From positions 233,259 through 297,258 of the IMG/VR virus record IMGVR_UViG_3300023184_000026: a DNA stretch of 64,000 bases; one strand, given 5' to 3'. The first letter of the stretch is position 1. Every line of letters begins with the position of its first letter. A program made the translations under genes and the position numbers. Shown here in pieces: positions 20,025 to 30,052 of the stretch. Below the pieces are notes generated by a model. The model was not told the origin of the DNA and made no database searches. It saw only the letters and a list, made by a program, of their open reading frames with translations.

Positions 20025-22154
20025 ATGTCACAAATATTAGATTCGGAATATAACTCAAATTCATATTTTTTCCTGACAAACATCAGCGAAACGTTGAATG
20101 CTGGGCGGAATTCGTTCACAATAAACCCCACAAATTTAATTGTTCCAAATAAACCTATATTTGTAAAAGCATATGATCCGAATGGAAACGAGCTTCATTG
20201 CGGTGAAATAAAACCCACAAATGCCAGGTTTTTTGAACAAACCAATACAGGAAAGCTTTATTTTGTAAATATAGAAAAAGCAACGTTAAATGGAATAGGA
20301 AATATAAAAATACGAGCTATTGGGGTAGATTTGGCTGATTACACGGGCAGTATTGCTTATTACAAAGATCAAGCATACAAAGTGAGCGTGGACCAAAAAC
20401 TCCCACTTGTGTCTGCACCGTCTATGGGATTGCTGACAACTTCCGAGGTAATTTGGAATAGAAATTTCTTGATAGACACAACAAGAAAAACTGACTCGGA
20501 AGTCAGATTTTTTGATTCTCCATATACCCGAATTCGTTCGGAAATATATGCAGTGGCAAAATATCCAACATTATCATACTCACTGGCATCCGGAAATTTT
20601 TCTTCTGTAGCAGTATCTCCAAAGCACAATGATAATGGAGATTATGATTATCAGTTTGATGAAGCCATATATCAACTTCATTGGAAATCGGGAACCAAGT
20701 TTAGTTCATCAATGGAAGGACAATCAATTCGTTTAAAAAATCCAACAATTACAAAATTTAAATATGACGAATATCAAGATCCATATCAAGGAACATTAAA
20801 TACAGACTTTATAGCCACAATAAAAAAAGTAGTTAATGAAAATTCATTGTTGATTAATATACCATTCATTACCGTATTTGAACTTATTAATAGAACAAAT
20901 GAAGATTCTCCGTATTCAAAAAATAATTTGGTAAAAATTAAAGGATTTGCAGTAAATGACAATCCTTATAAACAAACAGTTTTTCATAAAAATAATTTTT
21001 ATGCACTGAGTATTACTGATGGTGAATTTGAAATATTTTATAACAACATTCCCATAGAGCTTCCAAGAGCTACGATATCTGGTTCAACTTATATGGCATC
21101 GTTGGTAAATATAGAGTTTAACAATACCAGAGTTTTGTGTGGTGCATTGGATTCATACAAGATATATGGTAGAAAACTTGATACGCCAGAATCCAAGCGA
21201 CTTTTAACACAGGGTAGGATATATGCCGATAGTTCTATAATATCCAATAAATTTGATAATGCGGTCAGGGGAAATCCCGCTGGATTTTATAGTCAAGCGT
21301 TTATGAACAAGCACTGGTTTATTTCTGGTGGATGTACATTTTACCAGGACAATACTCTTTTGATAGATGGTGCTGTCATAGGACATGGTGATAATTCCAA
21401 TCTTTTCGATTATGTTATATACAAAGATAATACAGACGCCGCGTCTTTAAATTCTACATATGTTTCTTATAATCTACTGCCAAGTTCATATTGGTATGGC
21501 AACGCAGACGCCTTTATAAATTATGCGCCCATGCCAACGGCGTCATATATGGGAATAACTGGGATATCACCACTTTCTGCATATACCAATTCTCAAGAAA
21601 ATCTATTGAGTGGAACTGCGCATGACAGCAATTCTATCAAACTGCGTGCCAATTCACTTTATAAATTTAGTATGAAAGTGAAAGCATTTCCAACCAACGT
21701 GGATTCATCCAAACTTTATTTTTATTATATTAGTGGAAAAAACAAAACTTTGATTGGATATGTGGATAATTCATATAGTTATGGCGCAAATGAGCTGTAT
21801 GAGAATACGTTCTTTTCGGACACAGAAACTTTTGGAACAATAATACTGGTGCCTTCGTATGGAAATTGGTATATATCTTCAATTGATTTAAAACCACATA
21901 TGAATATCGATTATTCGGTGGACAGTTTTGCAATCAAGGTTCCTATAAAACCGTCCACGGCAAACGAATTGTATGAAATAGAAGCTGAGTTGTATGATGT
22001 CAAAGGTGGTCTAGCATATGGAGAAAATTCATATACATTTACTTATAATAAAAAATTCATGCCGCTCAAGAATAATGTATTTATTGATCCGACTGGATTG
22101 GTGACGAGCGGCACTTCATTCACGCCAAGTATTATTGACGGTGGATATCCATGA
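20025..22154 (+). CDS. Hypothetical, probably virion structural protein
   Basis: 709-aa ORF rich in aromatic/Ser/Asn residues; TATTTATA motif upstream; no recognisable catalytic motif. Confidence 0.55.
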   Translation: MSQILDSEYNSNSYFFLTNISETLNAGRNSFTINPTNLIVPNKPIFVKAYDPNGNELHCGEIKPTNARFFEQTNTGKLYFVNIEKATLNGIGNIKIRAIGVDLADYTGSIAYYKDQAYKVSVDQKLPLVSAPSMGLLTTSEVIWNRNFLIDTTRKTDSEVRFFDSPYTRIRSEIYAVAKYPTLSYSLASGNFSSVAVSPKHNDNGDYDYQFDEAIYQLHWKSGTKFSSSMEGQSIRLKNPTITKFKYDEYQDPYQGTLNTDFIATIKKVVNENSLLINIPFITVFELINRTNEDSPYSKNNLVKIKGFAVNDNPYKQTVFHKNNFYALSITDGEFEIFYNNIPIELPRATISGSTYMASLVNIEFNNTRVLCGALDSYKIYGRKLDTPESKRLLTQGRIYADSSIISNKFDNAVRGNPAGFYSQAFMNKHWFISGGCTFYQDNTLLIDGAVIGHGDNSNLFDYVIYKDNTDAASLNSTYVSYNLLPSSYWYGNADAFINYAPMPTASYMGITGISPLSAYTNSQENLLSGTAHDSNSIKLRANSLYKFSMKVKAFPTNVDSSKLYFYYISGKNKTLIGYVDNSYSYGANELYENTFFSDTETFGTIILVPSYGNWYISSIDLKPHMNIDYSVDSFAIKVPIKPSTANELYEIEAELYDVKGGLAYGENSYTFTYNKKFMPLKNNVFIDPTGLVTSGTSFTPSIIDGGYP

Positions 22155-22256
22155 TATGGCACCAAACCGACCAACCCACTCTATCCAACACGGAATCCGC
22201 TAAATTATTATCCTTACTAATATAACGTATCCTTTATTTTTGAAGCTATATTTGTG

Positions 22257-22264
22257 TATTTATA
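22257..22264 (+). promoter_or_regulatory. TATTTATA putative late-promoter motif
   Basis: 13 nt before ATG 22278. Confidence 0.55.
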
Positions 22265-22277
22265 TATACTTATAGGC

Positions 22278-25200
22278 ATGGACATTTCTATAAAAAACCT
22301 AAAAAAGTATATTTTTGAGCCAAAAACAGAGTCACTGCGTCTAAAAAGAGCCAATGAAATACTAAGTCAGAACATGGTCATCACCGAAAAGGTAGATGGA
22401 ACAAAACTAACATTGGTACGTACACAGCAAGTTGATAAAGCAGATTATACCAAGAATTGGGTTGTGGCATATAAAGGAACTGTATTGTATGCCAAAGAGT
22501 TTGCTCATTTAAATGATAAAGAAAAGGGTGATATATCTCAATCTTCTGTTGGCATTGGTCAATATTCCATGATATTTGATCATTTGTCCAAGATAAACAA
22601 TAAGATTAACAGTATTCCAAAGAGCACTGAGTTTAGCGTTGAGTTTGCTCAAAACAAAGACACATTAACTCGTACATATGTCAACAAGGGTGGCTTGTTC
22701 TTGAGAAGTTATGGTGAAGTGCAGTATCGTGTGGTTGGTGGAGATTTGCATACCATTCCGAAACAAGAAATAACAGACTACAAATCTGTGAAAAAGATGG
22801 CAGACTTGTTGGAAATATCATCATTTCCCATATTCTTTCAAGGAAAACTCAGCAAGGAAAATCTGCTGAAGAATCCTTTATTTGGATCAAAACTAACAAA
22901 TGTTGATTGGACCAATCCGACTGATGTTGTAACAAAATTTTCGGAGGCTATTCTGGCTGTTCCATCTACATTGGGTGGCACAACAGAAGGTGTGGTAATG
23001 AAGCTTGATAATGGAGAGTTCTTCAAGTTGGTGCAAGCCGATCAATATGATGCTGGAGTTCGTGGTGCAAAGAAGGACGCATATAAACTTGAACCAGAAG
23101 CCGCTTCAGCATACTTTCAACAAATCAGAGCATTGATACAAAATATTTTTGCTGCAATTGGTACTGAAGGAAAATCCGAAGAAGACGTTATTTCAGATTC
23201 AAATTTTTATGTTGCCAAGAATCAACCAAAGTTAAAAAAGTTCTTTGATGCTCTAAAACAGATTGCTGGTGACAAAAAGAATATTGTTCAAATCAAAGAT
23301 GATATTCATGATACAATTCGTTTGATGACATCCAAACAAGGTCTGTTGGGATCAACCAACAAAACGCTTGGTCTTATTCCAATTGCTGGCAAGCCATTGC
23401 ACATTGGTCATTGGAAGCTTATTGAAAAAGCAGCCAATGAAAATGATCGAGTCATTGTTTATACATCATCTTCCGACAGAATAAAGAAGGGTGAGTTTCC
23501 TATAAAGGGCGATGACTTTGTAAAACTATGGAGTGATGTGTTTATTCCATCTTTGCCAAAAAATGTAAAAGTAAAGTTTGTTGATTCTCCTGTTCGAGCT
23601 ATTATGCATGAACTTGGATGGTTGGAACAAAGATTGACTCAAGACGCCGCAGATATGCCAACCATAAATTTGTATTCTGACAAAGATGATGTTGAAATAA
23701 ACTTCAAAGACGAAGATTTAAAAAAGTATCCAGAGTTGTTGGCTGCTAATAAAATTAAAAAAATTGGTGTTGAAAGAACTACCACAGTGAATGTAAGTGG
23801 CACAAAAATGCGTGAATTTTTGATGAACAATGATAAAGAATTATTCTTGAAAAATCTTCCACCGGTCGGCAACAAAGACAAAGAAGAAATTTGGAATACT
23901 CTCATAGCAAACAAGCCAGAGCCGGTATCAGAAGTTAATCCATATATAAACTTTGCTGAGGAAGTTATAAATGAAATGGAAAAAGAAATGTTTAATGAAG
24001 GTGGTTGGAGATCTACTGCCACACAATCAACTATTATAACTCCAAAAAAAGTATCAAATATTTTGAGTGCAATGGATAAATTTGTATCAGAATTCAATTC
24101 ATATTCAAATCTTCCTCCAATAAAATCCAATGGACCGGTAGGTTCAGCAATGTATTATAAACAAGATTTGGAAAAAGATGATGTAGAATATGGTGATATA
24201 GATATTCAAATTATATTACCAGAAGAAACTAATGATAGAACATCACAACTAGCATCTAATAAAAAATATTCGGAAAAGATTATTCAATTTATTCAAGAAA
24301 AAAAACCAAGTTATATATATCCAAACTTTCAAGACGAAGACTTTGGTACGGGATATTTAATATTCAACGTTGGTGGTGAAAAAATTCAAGTTGATTTAGT
24401 TTTGTCATATAAAGTATCAGCAGAATGGACAAAAATTAGAACAACTCCGGAAAAAGGACTAAAAGGATTTGTTACTGGAAATCTATTGAGTGCATTATCC
24501 GATGCTCTTAATGTTGTGTTGGGATCAAACACCAATCCGTATGTAAATACGATAGATAATAAAGTTGCGTCATCTCTGATTAAAACAAACTCAAAGCATG
24601 TGTTCTTTAATCCAAATCAAGTATTTTTGGATATATTGAAGTTCTATGGCAATCTTGCTGGCGTTTCAAAAATAAATTCATCATTATTACAAGGTCATTA
24701 TGGATTGGATGCAAATGATCCATCATTAAAGAAAAAATGCGAAACCGTGGTTGCTTTGAGTAAAGCACTTGATAATAATAGAGCATTTGATAATGGAGTT
24801 GTTGTATCAAAAAATGGAACAACATTTAAATCCAGAGAAGAATTTGTAAAATATGTGCTGGATACATTCATAAAAAATATGAAATCGGCCAGCACTGCAA
24901 AAAAATTAGAAAAAGCAGAAACACCAGAAGCTATGAAAAATATTGAAAAGATAAAACGTGACGCAAATCTTGGTATAGAACTGGCCAAGCAACTTATTCG
25001 TGAAGAAATTGCATTATTGAATGAATCCGGTCAATCTGTTGCTGCTGTAGATGACAAAACGTCAAAGACCGTAAATGGTCAACCAGCCCAAGCCACCACC
25101 AAACTCAAGATTGTTGATCCACAAGGTAAAGACATTCGTTCTTCTGTATCTGCCGACATAAAAGAACTTATATATGCACTAAATAATAAGGTGGGTTTTT

Positions 25201-26198
25201 GGAAGAAAAATAATCCATATATTGAAAACGGATTTGTTTTCAATGGAAGTTCTCAATATCTAATGAGCGGCGATGAAAAATATAAAGATTTGTCCAAATA
25301 TAAATCTGGATTCGGTGATGTTGATGTGATTGTTCCAAAAGAAAAGTTGGACACAATGGAAGCATACCTAGATAGCATTGATGACAAGAAAGTTGAATGG
25401 AATGCAACATCAAAAAATAAAGTAAGCAAGAATTTTTATTATGTTGGTCGTACAAAAAATCAACGTGCCTTAGCCGGTCAAACAGTCACATTGTGGTATT
25501 ATGCTCCAGTAAAACAGGTTGTTCAAATTGACTTTGAAGGAGATGAAATGACATTGGACCCGCAAGGCTATGAAAAGCCATCTGAGTGGAACAAGTTTAT
25601 CAAAGATTCTCCATGGCAAGATTTGACAGCTGGCATCAAAGGATTGGCAGGAGCTATTTTATTACGCGGTTTGACACGAGCAGCAACCGCACTACCAAAT
25701 GCAGTGTATGTCACCAACTCAACTGCACTCAAGATACAATCTGGTCAGTTGAAGAGTTTGGTTGATGCCAAAGGCAAGAGTGTTGTATCAGTCAATGCTA
25801 CACATGCTCTACCAGCAGAATATACCCTCAATACAAGCGGTTCTGGTCATGCTGGTGTGCGCAAGGCATATCGTCTTGTAGCCAAGAATATGGACTATCA
25901 AGGTAAAAAAGTAGATGTTTATACCGACATTGCTGCCAGTGAAAGCAAACCAGAAGACCGTATCAACAGCGTAAATAAAGTATTTGAATTAATTTTTAAA
26001 CGCAAGCCAAGTGGTCAAGATATTGAAAATTTCAGAAGTTATGTTGGATTGCTAACACTCATGAAGACTCTACCAAAAGATGTTCAAGTAAAAGCACTGG
26101 AAAGAGCCAAAGAAGGTCTTGCTCAAGCGGGGTTGGAACCAGCAGAATATGCTCCAATTCAAAAAGCGGCTAAAACTATACTGGGAATATCCATATAA
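22278..26198 (+). CDS. Multi-domain nucleotidyltransferase: ligase/capping-like + HIGH cytidylyltransferase-like + two Pol-beta-type NTase domains
   Basis: TEKVDG (K at 22389) and EGVVMK..FKLV; PLHIGH (23400) and SGTKMR; GS...GDIDI (24141-24203)..QVD; GS...GDVDV (25245-25325)..QID. Start placed at ATG 22278 rather than the GTG at 22254. Confidence 0.75.
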   Translation: MDISIKNLKKYIFEPKTESLRLKRANEILSQNMVITEKVDGTKLTLVRTQQVDKADYTKNWVVAYKGTVLYAKEFAHLNDKEKGDISQSSVGIGQYSMIFDHLSKINNKINSIPKSTEFSVEFAQNKDTLTRTYVNKGGLFLRSYGEVQYRVVGGDLHTIPKQEITDYKSVKKMADLLEISSFPIFFQGKLSKENLLKNPLFGSKLTNVDWTNPTDVVTKFSEAILAVPSTLGGTTEGVVMKLDNGEFFKLVQADQYDAGVRGAKKDAYKLEPEAASAYFQQIRALIQNIFAAIGTEGKSEEDVISDSNFYVAKNQPKLKKFFDALKQIAGDKKNIVQIKDDIHDTIRLMTSKQGLLGSTNKTLGLIPIAGKPLHIGHWKLIEKAANENDRVIVYTSSSDRIKKGEFPIKGDDFVKLWSDVFIPSLPKNVKVKFVDSPVRAIMHELGWLEQRLTQDAADMPTINLYSDKDDVEINFKDEDLKKYPELLAANKIKKIGVERTTTVNVSGTKMREFLMNNDKELFLKNLPPVGNKDKEEIWNTLIANKPEPVSEVNPYINFAEEVINEMEKEMFNEGGWRSTATQSTIITPKKVSNILSAMDKFVSEFNSYSNLPPIKSNGPVGSAMYYKQDLEKDDVEYGDIDIQIILPEETNDRTSQLASNKKYSEKIIQFIQEKKPSYIYPNFQDEDFGTGYLIFNVGGEKIQVDLVLSYKVSAEWTKIRTTPEKGLKGFVTGNLLSALSDALNVVLGSNTNPYVNTIDNKVASSLIKTNSKHVFFNPNQVFLDILKFYGNLAGVSKINSSLLQGHYGLDANDPSLKKKCETVVALSKALDNNRAFDNGVVVSKNGTTFKSREEFVKYVLDTFIKNMKSASTAKKLEKAETPEAMKNIEKIKRDANLGIELAKQLIREEIALLNESGQSVAAVDDKTSKTVNGQPAQATTKLKIVDPQGKDIRSSVSADIKELIYALNNKVGFWKKNNPYIENGFVFNGSSQYLMSGDEKYKDLSKYKSGFGDVDVIVPKEKLDTMEAYLDSIDDKKVEWNATSKNKVSKNFYYVGRTKNQRALAGQTVTLWYYAPVKQVVQIDFEGDEMTLDPQGYEKPSEWNKFIKDSPWQDLTAGIKGLAGAILLRGLTRAATALPNAVYVTNSTALKIQSGQLKSLVDAKGKSVVSVNATHALPAEYTLNTSGSGHAGVRKAYRLVAKNMDYQGKKVDVYTDIAASESKPEDRINSVNKVFELIFKRKPSGQDIENFRSYVGLLTLMKTLPKDVQVKALERAKEGLAQAGLEPAEYAPIQKAAKTILGISI

Positions 26199-26255
26199 TA
26201 ATATTCTTGTCCAATTATTGTGCGAGTTTCCGCATATATATGTAAAAGGTTATAT

Positions 26256-26897
26256 ATGAAACACGCAAAAAATACATCAAACATAGATATAGTTCGCTCA
26301 TATTTGAATAATGAGCGACCATTTTTACAAGTCGGATATACCGGAGATCATGACAAATATATAATCCGTAAAGAGGGAGAAAAATGGTCCGATTCGAGCG
26401 GCAAGCAGTGGATACAAACTGCGACCGGCCCACGCTCTGTTACGCGAGTAATGGATATAATACGAGATGAGGTTGATGATAAATGCTCTTGCTGTGGAAG
26501 AGAAATACGATGGGGTACGAAGCAAGACAGAAAGATGTTTCATAAAACCAAAAAATGTCTTGATTGTGTTTCCGAAGAAGAAACATCTCTTAGAATAAAA
26601 GGACAATTCAAATTGTATGAAACTAAAAAAATGATTGAGAACGAAATTTCATATTTAGCCGACATTAAACAAAAACTACGAGAAAGTAAGGATTATCTCG
26701 AAAGCGATGATTCAAAAATTCTCACGTGGGCAAACCAAACCGGCATGGTGGAGGAATGGAGCAATGAAGCGAGAGGAGAATTGAAAGAACGTATTCAAAA
26801 AGATTGGTCCACTTGCCTTAAAAAAATAAAAACTGCCGAAAAAGAATTGAAAAAAGTGAACGAAAAAATAAATGAAATTTTAAAAGAAAAAAATTGA
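26256..26897 (+). CDS. Hypothetical protein with two CxxC pairs and C-terminal coiled coil
   Basis: KCSCCG...KKCLDC; start placed at ATG 26256 (MKHAK) rather than the GTG at 26220. Confidence 0.6.
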   Translation: MKHAKNTSNIDIVRSYLNNERPFLQVGYTGDHDKYIIRKEGEKWSDSSGKQWIQTATGPRSVTRVMDIIRDEVDDKCSCCGREIRWGTKQDRKMFHKTKKCLDCVSEEETSLRIKGQFKLYETKKMIENEISYLADIKQKLRESKDYLESDDSKILTWANQTGMVEEWSNEARGELKERIQKDWSTCLKKIKTAEKELKKVNEKINEILKEKN

Positions 26898-26927
26898 CAT
26901 AATAAATAAATATCTCAATATACGGTT

Positions 26928-28862
26928 ATGAAGATTCTTTATATAGCACCTCACCTTTCAACCGGTGGATGTCCCCAGTTCTTGCTCAAGAAAATACAAG
27001 TTTTACACAAAGATCATGAAATTTATTGTGTTGAATACTCAAATCATGGCGGCTTTACTGTTCAAAGAAACCAAATAAAGGAGATTCTTGGAAACAGATT
27101 CATAGAACTTGGTGAAGATAAAATGAATCTTCCGAATATCATAGACCGAATAAATCCGGAAATTGTTCATTTGGAAGAAATGCCAGAATATTTCATGGAT
27201 GGCAATTTGGCAGTAAAATTGTATGACAAAAACAGAAAATATAAAATAATTGAAACATCCCACGACAGCAGTTTCGACGCAAGAAATAAAACATTTTTCC
27301 CTGATAAGATACTGTTCGTAAGCAAGTATCAACTTGAATCTTTGAAATCATTGGATGTAGCAATGGATGTGTGTGAATATCCAATAGTAATTAAGCCAAG
27401 AAAGCCTCGGGCGGAAGCGTTGAAGGTACTTGGACTTGACCCAAATAAGAAACATATTATAAATGTTGGATTATTTACTCCAAGAAAAAATCAAGCTGAG
27501 ATAATTAGGTATGCTAAGATGTTGAAGGACTATCCAGTCCAGTTTCATTTCATCGGCAATCAGGCGGATAATTTTAAGTTTTATTGGGAACCATTGATGA
27601 AAGATTTTCCGAGCAATTGTGTGTGGTGGAACGAACGTAAAGACGTTGAAAATTTTTACCAAATTGCGGATCTTTTTCTATTCACTTCGCGAGGAACCAT
27701 ACATGATAAAGAAACAAGTCCTCTTGTGATTAGAGAAGCTATATCGTTCAATGTTACGTCGTTAATATATAATCTACCAGTGTATCTTGGAATGTATGAC
27801 AAATATGAAAATATAAACTATCTCAATTTTGAAAGTATGCAAGACAACTGCTCAAAAATACTAAACTCTCTGAAAATTAAACCAAACAATATTATGCCAG
27901 AATTTATAGAAAAACAAGAAGATATCAAGATAGGATACGACCGTTCAGAAAACAAGATTGAATATCTGTCCAAACACGATATTCCAAATGCAATCGTGTC
28001 GGTAAAGGACATAGACTCAAAAACGGTGTTGTATGCAGCACAACATGAAATTTTGAACGCCAATATAAATTATTGGATTATTCCCGTACACAAGAGTCAT
28101 AGAGATTTTGAAACAGATATCCTTTTTGGTGGAATGACTGTTGATGTATATAGTGGAGAAAATTTATTACACTCCAAAGATTTCAGAATACGGGTCGTCA
28201 ATGTAGAAAAGCCAGTACTGAAAACAAAGAATAATATCACTCCAACATATAATAACTATATGGAGTTTTTTGTTCACGGTGAATACAATGAATATTTGAA
28301 AGGAAAAGAGTTTAACACCGTTGTTGATGTTGGTGCCAACGCCGGTATCTGGGTTGAATATATCAAGTATGTAGCCAAATGCAAAAAGATATATGCAATA
28401 GAACCAAACACACAAGCATTAAAAACATTGAGAGATACATATACATCGGATGAATTGACCATAATAGACAAAGCATTGTGTGATAAAGATGGTGAATTGG
28501 AGTTTTTCATAGATCCCAGCAATTCTACCATAGGATCAATCAAGAAAAATCATCAAGACAGTTTGGTTGTTTCTCACAAAATACAAGGAATTTCATTTCG
28601 CACTTTTATCAAGGAAAATAATATTGATCATATAGATTTGATGAAAATGGACATAGAAGGTGGCGAATATCCATTTTTTGATAGCATGCAGAAAGAAGAT
28701 CTGGATAAAATTGGAACAATATTGGTTGAATATCACATGCAAGGTGGTCAAACCATAGACAAAGAAGTTGCAATATTATTGGCATTGTTGCGCGGGTCTG
28801 GATTCAAATACACCATAAAACATCAACACTCTGGCGGTGGGTTTATAGTTGCAACCAAATAA
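26928..28862 (+). CDS. GT4-family glycosyltransferase fused to FkbM-family methyltransferase
   Basis: GT-B: LYIAPHLSTGG, NVGLFTPRKNQ, ETSPLVIREA; C-terminal VVDVGANAG, YAIEPN, LMKMDIEGGE. Confidence 0.85.
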   Translation: MKILYIAPHLSTGGCPQFLLKKIQVLHKDHEIYCVEYSNHGGFTVQRNQIKEILGNRFIELGEDKMNLPNIIDRINPEIVHLEEMPEYFMDGNLAVKLYDKNRKYKIIETSHDSSFDARNKTFFPDKILFVSKYQLESLKSLDVAMDVCEYPIVIKPRKPRAEALKVLGLDPNKKHIINVGLFTPRKNQAEIIRYAKMLKDYPVQFHFIGNQADNFKFYWEPLMKDFPSNCVWWNERKDVENFYQIADLFLFTSRGTIHDKETSPLVIREAISFNVTSLIYNLPVYLGMYDKYENINYLNFESMQDNCSKILNSLKIKPNNIMPEFIEKQEDIKIGYDRSENKIEYLSKHDIPNAIVSVKDIDSKTVLYAAQHEILNANINYWIIPVHKSHRDFETDILFGGMTVDVYSGENLLHSKDFRIRVVNVEKPVLKTKNNITPTYNNYMEFFVHGEYNEYLKGKEFNTVVDVGANAGIWVEYIKYVAKCKKIYAIEPNTQALKTLRDTYTSDELTIIDKALCDKDGELEFFIDPSNSTIGSIKKNHQDSLVVSHKIQGISFRTFIKENNIDHIDLMKMDIEGGEYPFFDSMQKEDLDKIGTILVEYHMQGGQTIDKEVAILLALLRGSGFKYTIKHQHSGGGFIVATK

Positions 28863-28868
28863 AATATT

Positions 28869-29498
28869 ATGGCAAACGGAGTATACAGAATAACAGAAGA
28901 GTTTGAGGAAAAATTGGCAAAATATACTGGTGCTCCATATGTAGTCACCGTGGATAATCAAAGCAATGCTTTGTTTTTATCATTATATTATCAAAATATA
29001 AAAGGACAGTCTATTAGCATTCCTTCCCGCACGTACCCGAGTGTACCATGTGAGATCATACATGCTGGCGGAAAGGTAAACTTTGAACCGGTTGAAGGCA
29101 AGACCATCAAGGGTGCATATCAGCTCAAGCCCACGCGCACGTGGGACAGCGCATTGCGCTTTACTGCCAACATGTATATTCCAAATTCGTTCATGTGCAT
29201 ATCTTTTACCGGTCCATATAAGCACTTCAAATTAAGCAAGGGTGGTGCTATTCTTACAGACGATCTTCATGCATATCATTGGTTTAAGCGTGCCAGATAC
29301 AGCGGCAGAAGAGAATGTTCATATCATGATGACAATCTGGATATGCTAGGTTGGAATTTTTACATGATGCCGGAACTTGCTGCCAGAGGATTGTTGCTTA
29401 TGGGTCAGTTTTATAACATGGACGGCACACCAAAACATAATGAAGATTTGGAGCTACCATATCCAGACTTATCCAAATTTGATGTGTATAAGCAATGA
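28869..29498 (+). CDS. Short DegT/DnrJ/EryC1/StrS-type PLP sugar aminotransferase
   Basis: FEEKLAKYTGAPYVVTV..NALFLSL, IPSRTYPSV, WDSA, SFTGPYKHFKLSKGGAILTDD, GWNFYM; only 209 aa. Confidence 0.75.
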   Translation: MANGVYRITEEFEEKLAKYTGAPYVVTVDNQSNALFLSLYYQNIKGQSISIPSRTYPSVPCEIIHAGGKVNFEPVEGKTIKGAYQLKPTRTWDSALRFTANMYIPNSFMCISFTGPYKHFKLSKGGAILTDDLHAYHWFKRARYSGRRECSYHDDNLDMLGWNFYMMPELAARGLLLMGQFYNMDGTPKHNEDLELPYPDLSKFDVYKQ

Positions 29499-30052
29499 TT
29501 AGAAAATTCCAAAACTATACAGAGGATGAAATGAATGAGTCTGGTATGACTTTTGGTAAAAATGTATATATTGCCAATGATGTTATCATTCATAATGCCC
29601 AGAATATAATCATAGGAGACAATGTTCGCATAGATACTCAATGTGTATTGATTGCTGGAAAAAATCACAAAATAAAAATTGGAAATAGCGTACATATTTC
29701 GGCAGGATGCTATTTTTATGGCAATTCCGGAAATATAACTCTGGGAGATTGTTGTTGCACTTCCGGTCGCTGCATTCTTTATACCGCAAATGATGATTAT
29801 ACAGACGGCTATATGGCCAATTCTGTGATAGATGATAAGTACAAAAAGGTGGTTGCTGGAAACATAGAGTTAAAAAAACATGCGTTGGTTGGATGTTATA
29901 CAGTAATACTTCCAAATGTTGTTTTGGAGCATGCCACGTCTGTAGGCGCACACTCGCTGATTACAAAATCTACTTCTCATTTTGATGTTGTGGCGGGTTG
30001 CCCAGCTAAATTTATAAAGAAAAGAAAAAATGTTTATTTGACAGATGTATAA
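29495..30052 (+). CDS. Hexapeptide-repeat (left-handed beta-helix) acetyltransferase
   Basis: FGKNVYI, IGDNVRI, IGNSVHI, LGDCCC repeats; VGAHSLI..DVVAGCPAKFIKKR C-terminus. Confidence 0.85.
   Translation: MIRKFQNYTEDEMNESGMTFGKNVYIANDVIIHNAQNIIIGDNVRIDTQCVLIAGKNHKIKIGNSVHISAGCYFYGNSGNITLGDCCCTSGRCILYTANDDYTDGYMANSVIDDKYKKVVAGNIELKKHALVGCYTVILPNVVLEHATSVGAHSLITKSTSHFDVVAGCPAKFIKKRKNVYLTDV

Noticed and set aside
22156-22203. 15-codon ORF MAPNRPTHSIQHGIR in an intergenic gap
   Set aside because: Too short, with no supporting signal or similarity
22254-22277. Longer starts in the ORF track (22254, 26220, 41848, 48871, 51188)
   Set aside because: The extensions cover the promoter-like motif, a terminator-proximal region or the upstream gene; downstream ATGs fit better
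26894-26924. TTGACA overlapping the stop of the gene before the glycosylation island, as a sigma70 -35
   Set aside because: No convincing -10 hexamer at 16-18 nt spacing
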